Shown piece by piece: positions 63,380 through 64,000 of a stretch of DNA of 64,000 nucleotides. Below the pieces are notes generated by a model, which had not been told where the DNA came from, did no database searches, and worked only from the letters and a program-made list of their open reading frames with translations. Source of the DNA: Pecten maximus (taxonomy: Eukaryota); the NCBI RefSeq assembly GCF_902652985.1, contig NC_047022.1, positions 16,430,001 through 16,494,000 on the forward strand, in the 5' to 3' direction. Position numbers and translations under genes: made by a program. Numbering within the stretch: position 1 is the stretch's first letter; each line of letters opens with the position of its first letter.

Positions 63380-63795
63380 TCTTGTACAGGTGTTTGGGTT
63401 AGGTAACAAGACTGATAACATTTTAATGCTGTAGAACAGGTGTTTGGTTTGGGTAACGAGACTGATAACATTTTAATGCTGTAGAACAGGTGTTTGGGTT
63501 AGGTAACAAGACTGATAACATTTTAATGCTGTAGAACAGGTGTTTGGTTTGGGTAACAAGACTGATAACATTTTAATGCTGTAGTTTTTTATAGTCCATT
63601 CTTTGATCTTTAACAGGTGTTTGGTTTGGGTAACAAGACTGATAACATTTTAATGCTATAGTTTTGTAGTCCATTCTATGATCGTGTACATGTGTTTGGT
63701 TTGGGTAACGAGACTGATTTAAAATAAACATTTTAATGCTGTAGAACAGGTGTTTGGTTTAAGTAACGAGACTGATAACATTTTAATGCTGTAGT
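63380..63795 (+). repeat. Seven tandem copies (mostly 50 bp, up to 77 bp) of a POR acceptor plus the first 24 nt of the VFGLGNKT exon
   Basis: CAG|GTGTTTGG(G/T)TT(A/G)GGTAAC(A/G)AGACT at 63390, 63440, 63490, 63540, 63617 and 63750, plus an AG-mutated copy at 63692. The six AG-bearing copies continue GATAACATTTTAATGCT(G/A)TAG (in-frame stop). Confidence 0.9.
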
Positions 63796-64000
63796 TTTTA
63801 GGTCATCTGACCCAAAGGGTCAGGATGACCTATAGTCATCGTGTTTCGTCCGTCGTCGTCCGCCGTCCGCCGTGCGCCGTGCGCCGTCCGTAAACTTTTT
63901 CTTTCAAAACGCTACTCCTCCTTAACGCTTGGGTGGATTACTTCCAAATTTGGTTTGAAGCATCATTGGGGGAGGGCAATCATATTTTATATAAATGAGG
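63795..64000 (+). mobile_element. 5' end of a HINE-like element (same terminus as 54358), truncated by the window edge
   Basis: TTTTAGGTCATCTGACCCAAAGGGTCAGGATGACCTATAG followed by a GTCC/GCCGT microsatellite. Confidence 0.8.

Overview
AT-rich, intron-rich animal genomic DNA. The SINE and Helentron-type repeat content suggests a bivalve mollusc (inference). Spliced gene models were built by hand from GT-AG junctions with consistent phases: (1) a possible terminal exon of an unknown gene at the left edge; (2) a 5-coding-exon, 280-aa bacterial-like PhnD/phosphonate-binding protein gene (minus, 6681-10818), head-to-head with (3) MUL1, a mitochondrial RING E3 ligase (plus, 12689-18757); (4) a 2-exon CBM20 carbohydrate-binding protein gene (minus, 25074-26199); (5) a 3-coding-exon ~153-aa orphan gene missed as a unit by the ORF track (minus, 28950-29819); (6) a complete 15-exon CCT6/TCP1-zeta gene (minus, 35723-48366); and (7) the 5' part of NADPH-cytochrome P450 reductase POR (plus, from 60195). 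Intergenic and intronic DNA carries V- and CORE-type SINEs, MITEs (Tc1/pogo-like, hAT, Kolobok-like), Helentron-associated elements with internal tandem arrays (one nested three-element cluster), LINE and Penelope remnants and several minisatellites. The most unusual signals are: tandemly amplified splice-acceptor/exon-start units that create stop-containing decoy acceptors in two different genes (PhnD-like and POR), plus a competing stop-generating acceptor in the CBM20 gene; the intron-containing PhnD-like gene itself; and a young LINE flanked by a 157-bp target-site duplication that copies the catalytic motif region of an older LINE.
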